This document shows positions 9,156-19,110 of a stretch of DNA of 53,536 nt, in pieces; positions within the stretch are counted from its first letter, which is position 1; each line of letters begins with the position of its first letter. Where the stretch lies: assembly GCA_045863855.1 (NCBI GenBank), contig BTVV01000036.1:1-53536 (forward strand), in the 5' to 3' direction. The stretch is from Planctomycetota bacterium. GTDB lineage: Bacteria; Planctomycetota; SZUA-567; H5-PLA8. The notes under the pieces are model-generated. The model was not told the DNA's origin. It ran no database searches and saw only the letters and a program-made list of their open reading frames with translations. Position numbers and translations under genes: made by a program.

Positions 9156-10358
9156 TTAGCGGTCGCAAGCAGCGGGCGCCGCGCGCCCGGGCAGCTTATG
9201 TGCAATCAACTTCGCGTAGCAGGCGGCGACGGATTCGAAAACCCGCCGCTGATCGAACTCTCGTTCGGCCTTCGCGCGCGCCGCCGCGCCCATGCGCGCA
9301 CGCAGCGTGTCGTCCGCAAGCAACGCATTCAACTTATCGGCCAAGGCCCCGGCGTCACGCACGGGTACCAAAAAACCCGTTACACCGTCTTCGATCGTCT
9401 GGCGGCAGCCTCGGATATCGGTGGCTACCTGCGCCAGTCCTGCCGCCGCGCCTTCCATCAACACGCGCGGAAATCCTTCGCGGTGCGACGGCAGCACGTG
9501 AAGGTCCATACACGCATAGAGCTGAGCCATGTCGTCGCGATCGTGCAGCACGGTGAGCCGTTCCGCGGGCAGGCCCATCGAGCGTGGATCGCAGACATCG
9601 CCAACGCGTTCGCTGGCCAGCTTATGGCCCACCACCAGCAGATGCATGCGTGGATGGCGCGCCAGCAGCGCGCGGCCGGCTTCCAAAAACTCGGGAAAGC
9701 CCTTCTCGACGACGAAACGCCCGCACATCCCCACGACTCGCGCATCCGGCGCTATGCCCAAGGCCTTGCGATAGGCCGAGCGCGCCGCATCGTCCGCGAA
9801 CACACGCTCGAACTTCACCAATTCGATCCCGTTGCCCAAGGCGGTAATCCGGTCTTCGCCCGCAATGCCCTCGCGCAGAGCAGTGGCCACGTCCTCGGGA
9901 TTCTGGCACAGCGTATGGTCGGCGCGACGAGCGTTGAGCCGCTCGATCTCGATCCAGAGTCTCCGCTTCCAGTAAGGCATCAGGTCGTGGAAATAGAATC
10001 CGTGCAGCGTTTGCAGGACGATCGGTACTCGCGCACTGCGCGCGCCCCAAAGCCCGATCAGGTTGCCCTTGGGAGTATGCGTATGGACGATTCCGAAGCC
10101 CTCACGCCGGCACAAGTCCGCGACGAAACGCACGGCTTTCCAGTCGCTCCACGGCGCGATCGAGCGCGTCAGCGGCAGCGCCGTCCACGGAAAACCGTCC
10201 TCATCCCGCAGCCTGCGCGCCAACGGCCCGTCGATGCTGGCGGTATGGACTTCGTATCCCAGCCCGCGCAGGTAAACGAGCTGGTCCCGCAGAATGGGAA
10301 AGAGCATGCTGTCGGCGGCGGCGAGGTGAAGCACTTTAATGGGCGACGCTACGGGCAT
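9156..10358 (-). CDS. GT4 glycosyltransferase
   Basis: HTHTPK, TLHGF, GRFVVEKG, PSHREGFPRVLME, TDIRGC. Confidence 0.92.
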   Translation of the reverse strand: MPVASPIKVLHLAAADSMLFPILRDQLVYLRGLGYEVHTASIDGPLARRLRDEDGFPWTALPLTRSIAPWSDWKAVRFVADLCRREGFGIVHTHTPKGNLIGLWGARSARVPIVLQTLHGFYFHDLMPYWKRRLWIEIERLNARRADHTLCQNPEDVATALREGIAGEDRITALGNGIELVKFERVFADDAARSAYRKALGIAPDARVVGMCGRFVVEKGFPEFLEAGRALLARHPRMHLLVVGHKLASERVGDVCDPRSMGLPAERLTVLHDRDDMAQLYACMDLHVLPSHREGFPRVLMEGAAAGLAQVATDIRGCRQTIEDGVTGFLVPVRDAGALADKLNALLADDTLRARMGAAARAKAEREFDQRRVFESVAACYAKLIAHKLPGRAAPAACDR

Positions 10359-10494
10359 GCCGAAAGTCTAGCGCGAGTTCGGATTTTCGATTTTCGCTTT
10401 TCGGTATGGGAGGGTAACGCGGCCTAAATCCGAGGTGCCATACCTGACGGCCGCGATTAGAATGAGCCTCGTAATGGAGCCGCGAAGAATCGCC

Positions 10495-10695
10495 ATGACG
10501 CTGCAGGTGAATGGGAAGCCGCTGGAGTTGCCCGCAGGCAGTTCGGTCGCCGCGCTGGTGGAGCATCTGGCCTTGGGCGCCAAGCGCGTGGCGGTGGAAG
10601 TCAACCGCGAGCTGGTGGTCAAGAAAGAGTGGTCCGGCCACGTACTGAAAGACGGCGACCGGGTCGAAGTGGTGTCGTTCGTCGGGGGCGGTTAA
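10495..10695 (+). CDS. thiS: Thiamine biosynthesis sulfur carrier ThiS
   Basis: VAVEVN, GDRVEVVSFVGGG C-terminus; precedes thiG. Confidence 0.95.
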   Translation: MTLQVNGKPLELPAGSSVAALVEHLALGAKRVAVEVNRELVVKKEWSGHVLKDGDRVEVVSFVGGG

Positions 10696-10728
10696 CGCGC
10701 CCGCCACACAGAACAGAAAGAGCAGGCC

Positions 10729-11550
10729 ATGTCCGATTCGTACACGTCCTTTAAGGTGGGCCCGTACACGCTGCGCTCGCGCCTGATCCTCGGCACAGGC
10801 AAGTATCCGACGCTCGATTCGATGCGCGAATCCCTGGAAGCGAGCGGCTGCCATGCGGTCACGGTGGCGGTCCGGCGCGTCGAAATGGGCCAGAAGAATG
10901 CCGAAGCGCTGCTCGACCACATCGACCTCAAAAAGTACATCTTGCTGCCCAACACGGCCGGCTGCTTCACGCCCGACGACGCCGTGCGCAGCGCGCGCCT
11001 CGCACGGGAAGCGCTGGATGTCGAATGGGTAAAACTGGAAGTTCTGGCCGACAAGAAGACGCTGCTCCCCGATCCGCTCGGCACGTTGCAGGCCTGCGAG
11101 ACGCTCGTCAAGGATGGCTTCGCGGTGCTCTGCTACACCAGCGACGACCCGGTGATGGCGCGGCGCATCGAAGCGGCCGGCGCGGCGAGCGTGATGCCGG
11201 CGGGTAGCCCCATCGGCTCGGGGCAGGGCGTCCTGAATCCCAACAACATCCGGATCATTCTGGAGACGATCAAGGTACCCGTGATCGTGGACGCCGGCGT
11301 CGGCACGCCCAGCGACGTGACGCTGGCGATGGAACTCGGCGCCGAAGGCGTGCTGTTGAATACGGGGGTCGCGCTGGCGAAAGAGCCCGTGAAGATGGCC
11401 CGCGCGATGGGTCTGGCCTGCGAGAGCGGATTCCTCGCCGCACGCGCCGGACGCATCCCGAAGAAGCTTTACGCGACGGCTTCCAGCCCCTGGGAAGGCC
11501 TGATTGAACCCAGCAAGCGTCCCGCAGCGGAGGGGATTCCGGGCGAGTAG
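10729..11550 (+). CDS. thiG: Thiazole synthase
   Basis: [37 protein letters not shown]. Confidence 0.97.
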   Translation: MSDSYTSFKVGPYTLRSRLILGTGKYPTLDSMRESLEASGCHAVTVAVRRVEMGQKNAEALLDHIDLKKYILLPNTAGCFTPDDAVRSARLAREALDVEWVKLEVLADKKTLLPDPLGTLQACETLVKDGFAVLCYTSDDPVMARRIEAAGAASVMPAGSPIGSGQGVLNPNNIRIILETIKVPVIVDAGVGTPSDVTLAMELGAEGVLLNTGVALAKEPVKMARAMGLACESGFLAARAGRIPKKLYATASSPWEGLIEPSKRPAAEGIPGE

Positions 11551-11703
11551 CCGCTCTTGTAGGAACTCGAAGTAGAAAGCGGCCGATACCTGCTGCGTGC
11601 GACAGCCCCTCATCTTTCCGTAACGCTCTTGACGCCACCCGCTCCTTCAGCAAAGTAAGGCGCGGAAGATGGCCCTCGCCTCACTCGCCATGTGGAGTCC
11701 GTC

Positions 11704-13014
11704 ATGAAGGTTCTGGTCGTCGGCGGCGGAGGCCGCGAGCACGCGTTGTGCTGGAAGCTCGCGCAATCCGACCGCGTCACGAAAATTTACTGCGCGCCAG
11801 GGAATGCCGGCATCGCGCTCACCCGCGGCCGCAAATGCGGCACGGTGGAATGCGTGGACATCGGCGCCGAGAACCTCGACGGATTGCTACGTTTCGCGCG
11901 GCGCGAGCGCATCGACCTGACGGTGGTTGGCCCCGAAGCGCCGCTCTGCGCCGGGCTCGTCGACCGCTGGGAAGTGGAAGGGCTGGCCGCATTCGGACCA
12001 CAGCAGCGCGGCGCCGAACTGGAAGGCAGCAAGGTATTCACCAAGACGCTGCTGCGCAAGAACGGGATCCCCACCGCCGACTTCAATTCCTTCCGCGACG
12101 CCGAGAAAGCGATCGGGTACTGCCTCGAACACGGCGGGCCGCTGGTCGTGAAGGCCGATGGGCTGGCCTCCGGCAAAGGGGTCGTGATGGCTCAGACCGG
12201 CGAGGAAGCCGCGGCCGCAGTGCGCACAATGCTGATCGACGGCGCATTCGGGCAGGCTGGGACGACGGTGGTCATCGAAGAAACCCTTCGCGGCGAGGAA
12301 GCCTCGATCCTGGCGCTCACCGACGGCCGCACGATCGCGGTGCTGCCCAGCGCCCAGGACCATAAGCGCGCCTTTGACGGCGACCAGGGGCCCAACACCG
12401 GCGGAATGGGCGCCTACTCCCCCGCCCCGGTGGTGACGCCGGAAGTCGAAGACCGCATCGTTCGCGAGATCCTGGTGCCCACGCTGCATGCGCTAAACCG
12501 CGAGGAACGCCCTTATAAGGGGGTGCTGTACGCGGGCCTGATGATCACCGAGCAAGGCCCAAAGGTGCTGGAATACAACGTGCGCTTCGGCGATCCCGAA
12601 TGCCAGTGCGTGCTGCCGCGAATGACCAACGACCTCGTCGATGTGATCGAGAAGATCATGCAGGGCAAGCTCGACGAGAACGGCGTGGACGTGTCGCCCG
12701 ATCCGGCCGTCTGTGTGGTCATGGCCAGCGGCGGGTATCCGGGCTCCTACAAGAAAGGCGTGCCGATCCAAGGGCTCGATCTGGACGGGCAACTGGGCCT
12801 GGAAGGCGTGACCGTTTTCCATTCGGGCACGTCGCGCGGCTCGGACGGGAAGCTGGTCACCACCGGCGGCCGTGTCTTCGGCATCACGGCGACCGGGCGC
12901 GATCTGCCCGAGGCGCTGGGCCGCGTGTACGACGCCGCGCCGCGGATCGTTTTCGAAGGCGGCTTTTACCGCAAGGACATCGCGCATCGAGCCCTGAATC
13001 GCGGACACTCCTGA
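11704..13014 (+). CDS. purD: Phosphoribosylamine-glycine ligase
   Basis: GGGGREHAL, APGNAG, KADGLASGKGV, GPNTGGMGAYSP, EYNVRFGDPE. Confidence 0.97.
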   Translation: MKVLVVGGGGREHALCWKLAQSDRVTKIYCAPGNAGIALTRGRKCGTVECVDIGAENLDGLLRFARRERIDLTVVGPEAPLCAGLVDRWEVEGLAAFGPQQRGAELEGSKVFTKTLLRKNGIPTADFNSFRDAEKAIGYCLEHGGPLVVKADGLASGKGVVMAQTGEEAAAAVRTMLIDGAFGQAGTTVVIEETLRGEEASILALTDGRTIAVLPSAQDHKRAFDGDQGPNTGGMGAYSPAPVVTPEVEDRIVREILVPTLHALNREERPYKGVLYAGLMITEQGPKVLEYNVRFGDPECQCVLPRMTNDLVDVIEKIMQGKLDENGVDVSPDPAVCVVMASGGYPGSYKKGVPIQGLDLDGQLGLEGVTVFHSGTSRGSDGKLVTTGGRVFGITATGRDLPEALGRVYDAAPRIVFEGGFYRKDIAHRALNRGHS

Positions 13015-13087
13015 ACAGCGTGGAAGACTTCTTGAACATCCGCGGCCGATGCATCGTTCGAGGCGGCCCTTTACCGGCGAGGCGCAC

Positions 13088-14152
13088 ATGAAGACCGAAG
13101 TGCTGCGCTTGGACGGTTCGGACCGCGATCTTTCCAAATTGCGCTACGCTTCGCGCCTGCTGCAGGCCGGCGCCTTGGTCGCCTTCCCCACCGAGACGGT
13201 GTACGGGTTGGGGGCCGATTCCCGCAACCCCGATGCGCTGGCGGAACTCAACAAGGTTAAACAGCGCCCCGAAGGCAAGCCGTACGCCCTGCTGGTGCCC
13301 TCGATTCGCGCCGCCGAAGGCGCCTGCGGCGGACTTAACCGGATCGCACACAAGCTTGCTCGCGTCTACTGGCCGGGGGCGCTTACGCTGGTGGTACGCC
13401 ATAACCTCGGCGGCACGATAGGGATGCGATTGCCCGAGCATCCGGTCACGCGCGCGCTGCTGGTCCAATGCGGCTTTCCCTTGGCGACGCCCAGCGCGAA
13501 TCTGTCCGGTTCGCCCGAGCCACGGTCGGCCGAACAGGTGCTCGAACAGCTCGACGGCAAGATTCCCTTAATTCTGGACGGGGGCCCCGCTTGGGAAGGC
13601 CGCGCTTCGACGGTGGTGCGGCTGGACTCCGAAGGCCCGCCGCAGATTCAGCGCGAAGGTTCGCTGACCGCGGCCGAGGTGCTGCGCACGGCGCTCCCGA
13701 CGCTGCTGTTTGTTTGCACCGGGAACACCTGCCGCAGTCCCATGGCTTCGGCGATGGCGGCCAAGTCGCTGGAAGGCCGGACGGATGCACAGGGGCAGCC
13801 CTTTCGGGTGATTTCGGCCGGCACGGCGGCACATGTAGGCAGCCCAGCCGACCCGGCCGCCGTGCGTGCGATGGTGGAAATCGAGTTGGATATACGGTCC
13901 CATATCACCCAGGGGGTGCAGCCGCATCTGCTCGACGAGGCGGATTGGATATTCACCATGACACGGGCGCACCGGGAGAGTATCCTAATGATCATGCCGG
14001 AATGTGAGTCGCGCATTCGGCTTATCTCGGAGCGGGGCCAGGAGATACCCGATCCGGCTTCGGGTTCGGTGGCACGCTACCGGTTGGTGCGCGATCAACT
14101 CGCTCAAGCCTTGCGCGAGGTTATTCCGACGGTGCTGGCACAGGCCGTCTAA
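13088..14152 (+). CDS. tsaC: TsaC/Sua5 threonylcarbamoyl-AMP synthase fused to a LMW phosphatase (YwlE-type arginine phosphatase)
   Basis: PTETVYGL, KQRP, PSANLSG; then VCTGNTCRS, SAG, IPDP. Confidence 0.9.
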   Translation: MKTEVLRLDGSDRDLSKLRYASRLLQAGALVAFPTETVYGLGADSRNPDALAELNKVKQRPEGKPYALLVPSIRAAEGACGGLNRIAHKLARVYWPGALTLVVRHNLGGTIGMRLPEHPVTRALLVQCGFPLATPSANLSGSPEPRSAEQVLEQLDGKIPLILDGGPAWEGRASTVVRLDSEGPPQIQREGSLTAAEVLRTALPTLLFVCTGNTCRSPMASAMAAKSLEGRTDAQGQPFRVISAGTAAHVGSPADPAAVRAMVEIELDIRSHITQGVQPHLLDEADWIFTMTRAHRESILMIMPECESRIRLISERGQEIPDPASGSVARYRLVRDQLAQALREVIPTVLAQAV

Positions 14153-14199
14153 TCCAATCCGGGCGAACGGGCCGGCCAACGGGGTGCAACCGCAACGCC

Positions 14200-14676
14200 A
14201 TGGGCTCCCAGCTTATCCTGATCGGTTCGGATCATGTCGGCTTCGCGCTCAAAGAGCATCTCAAAACGATGCTGCAGGCTTCCGGCCATACCGTGGAAGA
14301 TGCGGGAACGCACGATACGGAGCGCTGCGATTATCCGGATATCGCCCAGACGTTGTCGCGTCGGCTGCTGGCAGGCGCTGCGGCGTGCGGTATCCTGGTG
14401 TGCGGCAGCGGAGTGGGTATGAGCATCGCGGCAAATCGGATTCCGGGCATTCGGGCGGCGTTGTGCGCGCACGAATACGTGGCGCAGATGGCGCGTCGGC
14501 ATAACGACGCCAACGTGCTGTGTCTGGGCACGCGGGTGGTGGGCGCCGATTTGGCCGAGCGCATCGTGACGAGCTTCTTGACGGCGGCGTTCGAAGGCGG
14601 GCGGCATGCGCAGCGCGTGGCCCGGCTGGAGACTCCGTACTCCTGCACCGGTTCGCCGGCTCAGAGTCCAAACTAG
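14200..14676 (+). CDS. rpiB: Ribose 5-phosphate isomerase B
   Basis: GSDHVG, DYPD, CGSGVGMSIAAN, HNDANVLCLG, FEGGRH. Confidence 0.95.
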   Translation: MGSQLILIGSDHVGFALKEHLKTMLQASGHTVEDAGTHDTERCDYPDIAQTLSRRLLAGAAACGILVCGSGVGMSIAANRIPGIRAALCAHEYVAQMARRHNDANVLCLGTRVVGADLAERIVTSFLTAAFEGGRHAQRVARLETPYSCTGSPAQSPN

Positions 14677-14698
14677 GCGGGGGCGCGCGGCAGGCAAC

Positions 14699-17600
14699 AT
14701 GTCCGAAAAGCTCCTCGGTAAAACCCTCGGCGGCTGCGAGATCATCGAGATCATCGGCCACGGCGGCATGGGCGTGATTTTCAAGGCCCGTCAGAAGTCG
14801 CTCGACCGCATCGTGGCCATGAAGGTCCTCGCCGCCAAGCTCGCGATGGACATGAACTTCGTCGCCCGCTTCCAGCGCGAAGCGCGCGCCATCGCCCGCG
14901 TCAATCATCCCAACATCCTCGCGGTGTACGACGTCGGCAGCGAGGAAGACACGCATTACATGATCATGGAGTTGATCGAGGGCGAAAGCCTCGCGGAACT
15001 GCAGCAGCGCCAAGGCGGCGGGCCGCTCAAGGTCGAGGACGGCATCAAGTACATCAAGGCCGCGGCGATGGGGCTGGAAGCCGCGCACGCCACGGGCATC
15101 ACGCACCGCGATATCAAGCCCGAGAACCTGATGGTGACCAACAAGGGCGTGGTCAAGGTCTCCGACTTCGGGCTTGCCAAAGAGACCGACGCGACGGGCG
15201 CGACCTCGACCGATGCGGTGATGGGCACGCCGGCGTTCATGAGTCCCGAGCAGTGCGACGGCAAGAAGGTCGACGGCCGCAGCGACATCTACAGCCTGGG
15301 CGGCACGTTCTACAAGCTGCTCACCGGCCGGTTGCCCTTCGAAGCCGAGACGGCGATGTCGATGATGTACCGCCACAAGCATGAAGCGCTGATTCCGCCA
15401 AAGGAGATCGTGCCGAGCATCCCGCAGCCGATCAGCGCGATCGTTTGCAAGATGATGGCTAAAAAGCCGGCGCAGCGGCAACAGTCGATGACCGAGGTGG
15501 TCGAAACGATCGAGAAGGCCGCCCGTGGCGAACAGGCCGTCACGCCGGCCGCGCCGGCGGAATCGGCGGAATCGGTGGCCGACGGACCGCGTATTGTCCT
15601 GCCGCGCAGCCCCACCAGCGCGATTCCGCCTCCGGGCCTGCGCGGCGGCGGCGGTTCGGCGCGCGCCATGCCGTCGGCCGCGCCAGCGGACGCGCCTCCG
15701 CCGGGCCAGAGCGGCCGGCTGGGCGTGCGGCCGCGCCGCGGTACCGAACGGGTCAGCCGTGAAGACGGCGGTCCGGCCTCCAGCTCGGCGCAGTTGCCCG
15801 GTCCTTCGCTGATGGGCGGCGGCGGCGGGGACGACGCGTTCTCGCTGGTCTCGCGCGGAGACGAACTGATCGCTCGCGGCGACCGTCTGGGCGGGCTTAA
15901 GCTGTACCGGCAGGCGCTCCAGGCAGGCGGGCTCGATGCCGCCAGCGTGAATCGCCTGGAGCAGGAGCTGAAACAGGAAATTTCGGTGCGCCGCCAGGCT
16001 GGCGAAAGCCTCCTCAAGCGCGGCTCCATGGTCGAGGCCTCGCGCGAGTACCGCGTCCTCATCGACCTGGATCCGAAGGACGAACTCTCCAAGGCCACGC
16101 TGAAGGATATCGAGACCAAGCTCGCCGCGAAACGCACCGTCATCAACGACGTGCGGACGGCCATTGCCGCGGCCCAGTTCGAGAAGGCCATCGAACTGTG
16201 GGACCGCACGCCTCCCGACCTGCGCGACGAACAGATCGGCAAACAGATCGACCACCTCCGCAGCGTGGTGGTGCCCTCCCTGAAGCTGTGCGAACAGGCC
16301 GAACGCTACAACGAGCAGGGGCGTCTGGACGAAGCCGTGGCGACTTTCGAGGACGCCCTGCGCATCGACGAGCATTGCGACCGCGCGCGGCAGGGCTTGG
16401 GCGAGGCCGAGGGTAAACGCCAGCGCATCGAGATCATGCTGAAGGAAGGCTACGATTACTCGATGCAGCAAGACTTCGAGAAAGCGATCGAGATCTGGCT
16501 GCCGATCCTGCACATCCAACCCGGGCACGGCCGCGCCGTGAAGAGCGTCCTCGACGCCTTCCAGCACATCGCCCGCGATAAGCGCGGGAAGGGCGATTTC
16601 CGCGGCGCGCTGATGGCGCTGAAGGAAGCCAAAGAAGTCGATCCGCAAAACCGCGGCCTGCTGCGCGAGTTGGATCAAATGACCGAGCTGCACGACAAGG
16701 AACTGGCGCTGATTGACCGGGCCAGCGACGCGGCGGCACGCGGACGCACCGGCGAAGCCATTCGCTACTGGGAGGAAGTGCGCAAGGTCAATCCGGCGAA
16801 CAAACAGTGCCGGGAAGCGGTGGATGGATTGAAGAAGCGCCGCGGCAAGAGTACCGCCAAGCTGACCGCGATCCTGGCCGCGATCCTGATCGTCCTCCTT
16901 GCGGCGTTCCAGTACTTCAACGAGTACTCGGCGCGCGGACAGGTCCTGCAAGCCATCGACGAGGGCCGCTTCAACGATGCGCGGGAGCATCTGGCCGGAA
17001 CGCTCTGGATTTTCCTGGGCGACACGCAGAAGCTGGGACACGAAGCCGACGTGACCGAGGCGTATCTAAAGGCGATGGAGTTCGAAAAGACCGGCAACCG
17101 GTTGGAGGCCGCGTTGGGCTTCCGGCGCGTCGCGGACCTGCTGCGCCAGGAAGGAAAAGAAGTCGGGCCCTTGCTGGTCCGTGCGGTCACCAACGAAGCG
17201 AATCACTTCTACGACTTGGGCGAATCGAACATCACGGCGCAAGATTGGCCTAACGCCAAGCAGAACTTCAAGGAGGCCTTCGACCGCTCGCGCCTCCCCG
17301 AGGGCCAAAGCAATTCGGGGCTGGTTGAGTTGAGCGGCAAAGCCCAGAAGTCGACCGTATTCATCGAACATGTGGAACAGGCACTGAAGTTCATCGCGGA
17401 CTCGCGCCGCGCGGACGCCATCCAGGAGCTGAAGCTGGCGCTGAAGCTACGCGAAGACAACGCCTTCGTGCGCGAGCAGCTCGACAAGCTGGGCGTCAAG
17501 AAGGACGTATACGAAGACAAACTGAAGGAAGCGCTCGCGCACCTCAAAACCGCCTGGCAGGCCGACGCGCCCGTAGCCGCGGAAGCGGCGCTCAGCGCAG

Positions 17601-18205
17601 CAAACCAAGCCAATCCGGGACAGGCCTACGTCCAGAACCTGCTTGCGTACGCCAAAGCCTGGAAGGAATGCTCCGGGCACGGCATGGTGTTGTGGAACTC
17701 GGCGGACCCGGACGATCCGGCCAGCATGGGCCGTGCGTGGCGCAGCGACGCGTTCTGCGTGGACCGCTACGAATTTCCCAATCGCGCCGGCGAACTGCCG
17801 CAGACCGGCGTGACCTGGATGGAAGCGCGCGAGCATTGCGCCAAGAAGAGCAAGGTGCTGTGCAACCGGCCCAACTGGGAAAAAGCCTGCTACGGCAAAG
17901 CGTTCGGAATTTTCCCATGGGGCTCGGAGGCGGGCGATCAGACCTGCCACTGGAACGGCGATGCGCCTAAGCCCAGCGGGACGTTCGAAAAGTGCCATAG
18001 CAACATCGGGACCTACGACATGAGCGGGAATGTGGCGGAATGGGTGGACGACACCGTGACCGACGATGAGCGCTACGTGACGGGCGGTTCGTTCAAGAGC
18101 GATGCCGCGGGCAGCCGGTGTCAAAGCCGGTCCACGCTGCCCAAGGACCGCAAACAGGCCGATATCGGATTCCGCTGCTGCAAGCAGCTCACCGCCAAGC
18201 CCTGA
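14699..18205 (+). CDS. Membrane Ser/Thr protein kinase with TPR repeats and C-terminal FGE-sulfatase (SUMF1-like) domain
   Basis: GHGGMG, HRDIKPEN, DFG, SPEQ; TM helix LTAILAAILIVLLAAF; YDMSGNVAEW, IGFRCC. Confidence 0.92.
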   Translation: MSEKLLGKTLGGCEIIEIIGHGGMGVIFKARQKSLDRIVAMKVLAAKLAMDMNFVARFQREARAIARVNHPNILAVYDVGSEEDTHYMIMELIEGESLAELQQRQGGGPLKVEDGIKYIKAAAMGLEAAHATGITHRDIKPENLMVTNKGVVKVSDFGLAKETDATGATSTDAVMGTPAFMSPEQCDGKKVDGRSDIYSLGGTFYKLLTGRLPFEAETAMSMMYRHKHEALIPPKEIVPSIPQPISAIVCKMMAKKPAQRQQSMTEVVETIEKAARGEQAVTPAAPAESAESVADGPRIVLPRSPTSAIPPPGLRGGGGSARAMPSAAPADAPPPGQSGRLGVRPRRGTERVSREDGGPASSSAQLPGPSLMGGGGGDDAFSLVSRGDELIARGDRLGGLKLYRQALQAGGLDAASVNRLEQELKQEISVRRQAGESLLKRGSMVEASREYRVLIDLDPKDELSKATLKDIETKLAAKRTVINDVRTAIAAAQFEKAIELWDRTPPDLRDEQIGKQIDHLRSVVVPSLKLCEQAERYNEQGRLDEAVATFEDALRIDEHCDRARQGLGEAEGKRQRIEIMLKEGYDYSMQQDFEKAIEIWLPILHIQPGHGRAVKSVLDAFQHIARDKRGKGDFRGALMALKEAKEVDPQNRGLLRELDQMTELHDKELALIDRASDAAARGRTGEAIRYWEEVRKVNPANKQCREAVDGLKKRRGKSTAKLTAILAAILIVLLAAFQYFNEYSARGQVLQAIDEGRFNDAREHLAGTLWIFLGDTQKLGHEADVTEAYLKAMEFEKTGNRLEAALGFRRVADLLRQEGKEVGPLLVRAVTNEANHFYDLGESNITAQDWPNAKQNFKEAFDRSRLPEGQSNSGLVELSGKAQKSTVFIEHVEQALKFIADSRRADAIQELKLALKLREDNAFVREQLDKLGVKKDVYEDKLKEALAHLKTAWQADAPVAAEAALSAANQANPGQAYVQNLLAYAKAWKECSGHGMVLWNSADPDDPASMGRAWRSDAFCVDRYEFPNRAGELPQTGVTWMEAREHCAKKSKVLCNRPNWEKACYGKAFGIFPWGSEAGDQTCHWNGDAPKPSGTFEKCHSNIGTYDMSGNVAEWVDDTVTDDERYVTGGSFKSDAAGSRCQSRSTLPKDRKQADIGFRCCKQLTAKP

Positions 18206-18215
18206 GACGGCACCC

Positions 18216-18911
18216 ATGGCTTCCCAAACCAAGACGCTCGGCATGTTGTTGATGTTGCTGCTGCTCAGTCCGCTGGCCTACCTCGCGATTTCACTCTGGA
18301 AACACGATTACAGGGTCGATTCTTCGACTCACCCGGATGACGCCAGCGACGTCACATTGCGGCCCGTTCCCGGAGGCGAAGCCAACGTAACTGCATCGTT
18401 GCGGCCGAAGGCTGCGGTCTGGCCGAGAGCCAGCCTTAACGATCCTAAAAATCCCCAGATGATCTTTTTGGAACTGACCAACACCGGGCGAACGCCGGCG
18501 CGCATCCTGGACGCGCAGCTACCTTCCCCGCTGGTGCAGATGGAAGTCGAATACCTCGGCCCCGACGGCAACGCCAAGCCCGTTCCGGTGCGCCCTGCAG
18601 TCGCCCGGCCCGGCCTGGGCGTGCCGCCCATGAATCCGCTCAGCAACTTCGTGGATTTGCTGCCCGGTCACGCGCTGATCCTGCCCGTGCCGGCATCGGA
18701 GATGTTCGACTTCAAGCGCGAAGGCCGGTATCGAATCAAAGCGTTCTACGATTCACAGGCGTTTGCCACGAGCTTCAGCGTGAATCTGATTCAGATGGGC
18801 CTTATGGGCATGCGCCGCGAGGCCCAGGCAACCGAAATCACCGTCGTCGCCACCCTGGAACCTTCGCCGCCGCCCGAAGCGACGGCCGTCCCGCCCGTTC
18901 CAAGCCCGTGA
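18216..18911 (+). CDS. Hypothetical membrane-anchored protein (Ig-like extracellular part)
   Basis: N-terminal TM helix; 'LELTNTG', 'FDFKREGRYRIKAFY'. Confidence 0.7.
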   Translation: MASQTKTLGMLLMLLLLSPLAYLAISLWKHDYRVDSSTHPDDASDVTLRPVPGGEANVTASLRPKAAVWPRASLNDPKNPQMIFLELTNTGRTPARILDAQLPSPLVQMEVEYLGPDGNAKPVPVRPAVARPGLGVPPMNPLSNFVDLLPGHALILPVPASEMFDFKREGRYRIKAFYDSQAFATSFSVNLIQMGLMGMRREAQATEITVVATLEPSPPPEATAVPPVPSP

Positions 18912-18983
18912 GGAGCTTGACGGAACGCGACGATCCAGTATGGATAGGACTCCCGCAAAGCGGGATGAGCGCATGGACCTTTC

Positions 18984-19059
18984 GCCAAGGTAGCTCAGTT
19001 GGTAGAGCACCGCACTGAAAATGCGGGTGTCGCCAGTTCAACTCTGGCCCTTGGCACCA
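18984..19059 (+). tRNA. tRNA-Phe (GAA)
   Basis: 76-nt cloverleaf: acceptor GCCAAGG/CCTTGGC, anticodon arm CCGCA-CTGAAAA-TGCGG, T-loop TTCAACT, encoded CCA. Confidence 0.98.
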
Positions 19060-19071
19060 TTCACCGGCGAA

Positions 19072-19110
19072 CCCCTCAGCGTCCTGGCGGCGCTGGGGGG
19101 TTTGTCGTTT
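19072..19110 (+). terminator. Intrinsic terminator after tRNA-Phe
   Basis: CCCCTCAGCG...CGCTGGGGGG stem followed by TTTGTCGTTT. Confidence 0.7.

Noticed and set aside
10379..10455. (A/C)TTTTCG heptamer repeats and two interleaved 7-bp stems suggesting a pseudoknot
   Set aside because: Only three short copies, upstream of the predicted transcript; compatible with chance
10359..10494. TPP riboswitch upstream of thiSG
   Set aside because: No CUGAGA core; a plausible promoter GTGCCA-N17-TAGAAT (10435-10463) leaves only about 25 nt of leader
14261..17041. 926-aa minus-strand ORF
   Set aside because: Antisense shadow of the kinase gene caused by GC-rich codon bias; no domain motifs
17690..18205. 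Diversity-generating retroelement target in the FGE/C-type-lectin-fold domain
   Set aside because: No template repeat or reverse transcriptase in the window
18984..19110. Genomic island integrated at tRNA-Phe
   Set aside because: No integrase, no duplicated tRNA 3' end found by eye, and no clear composition shift
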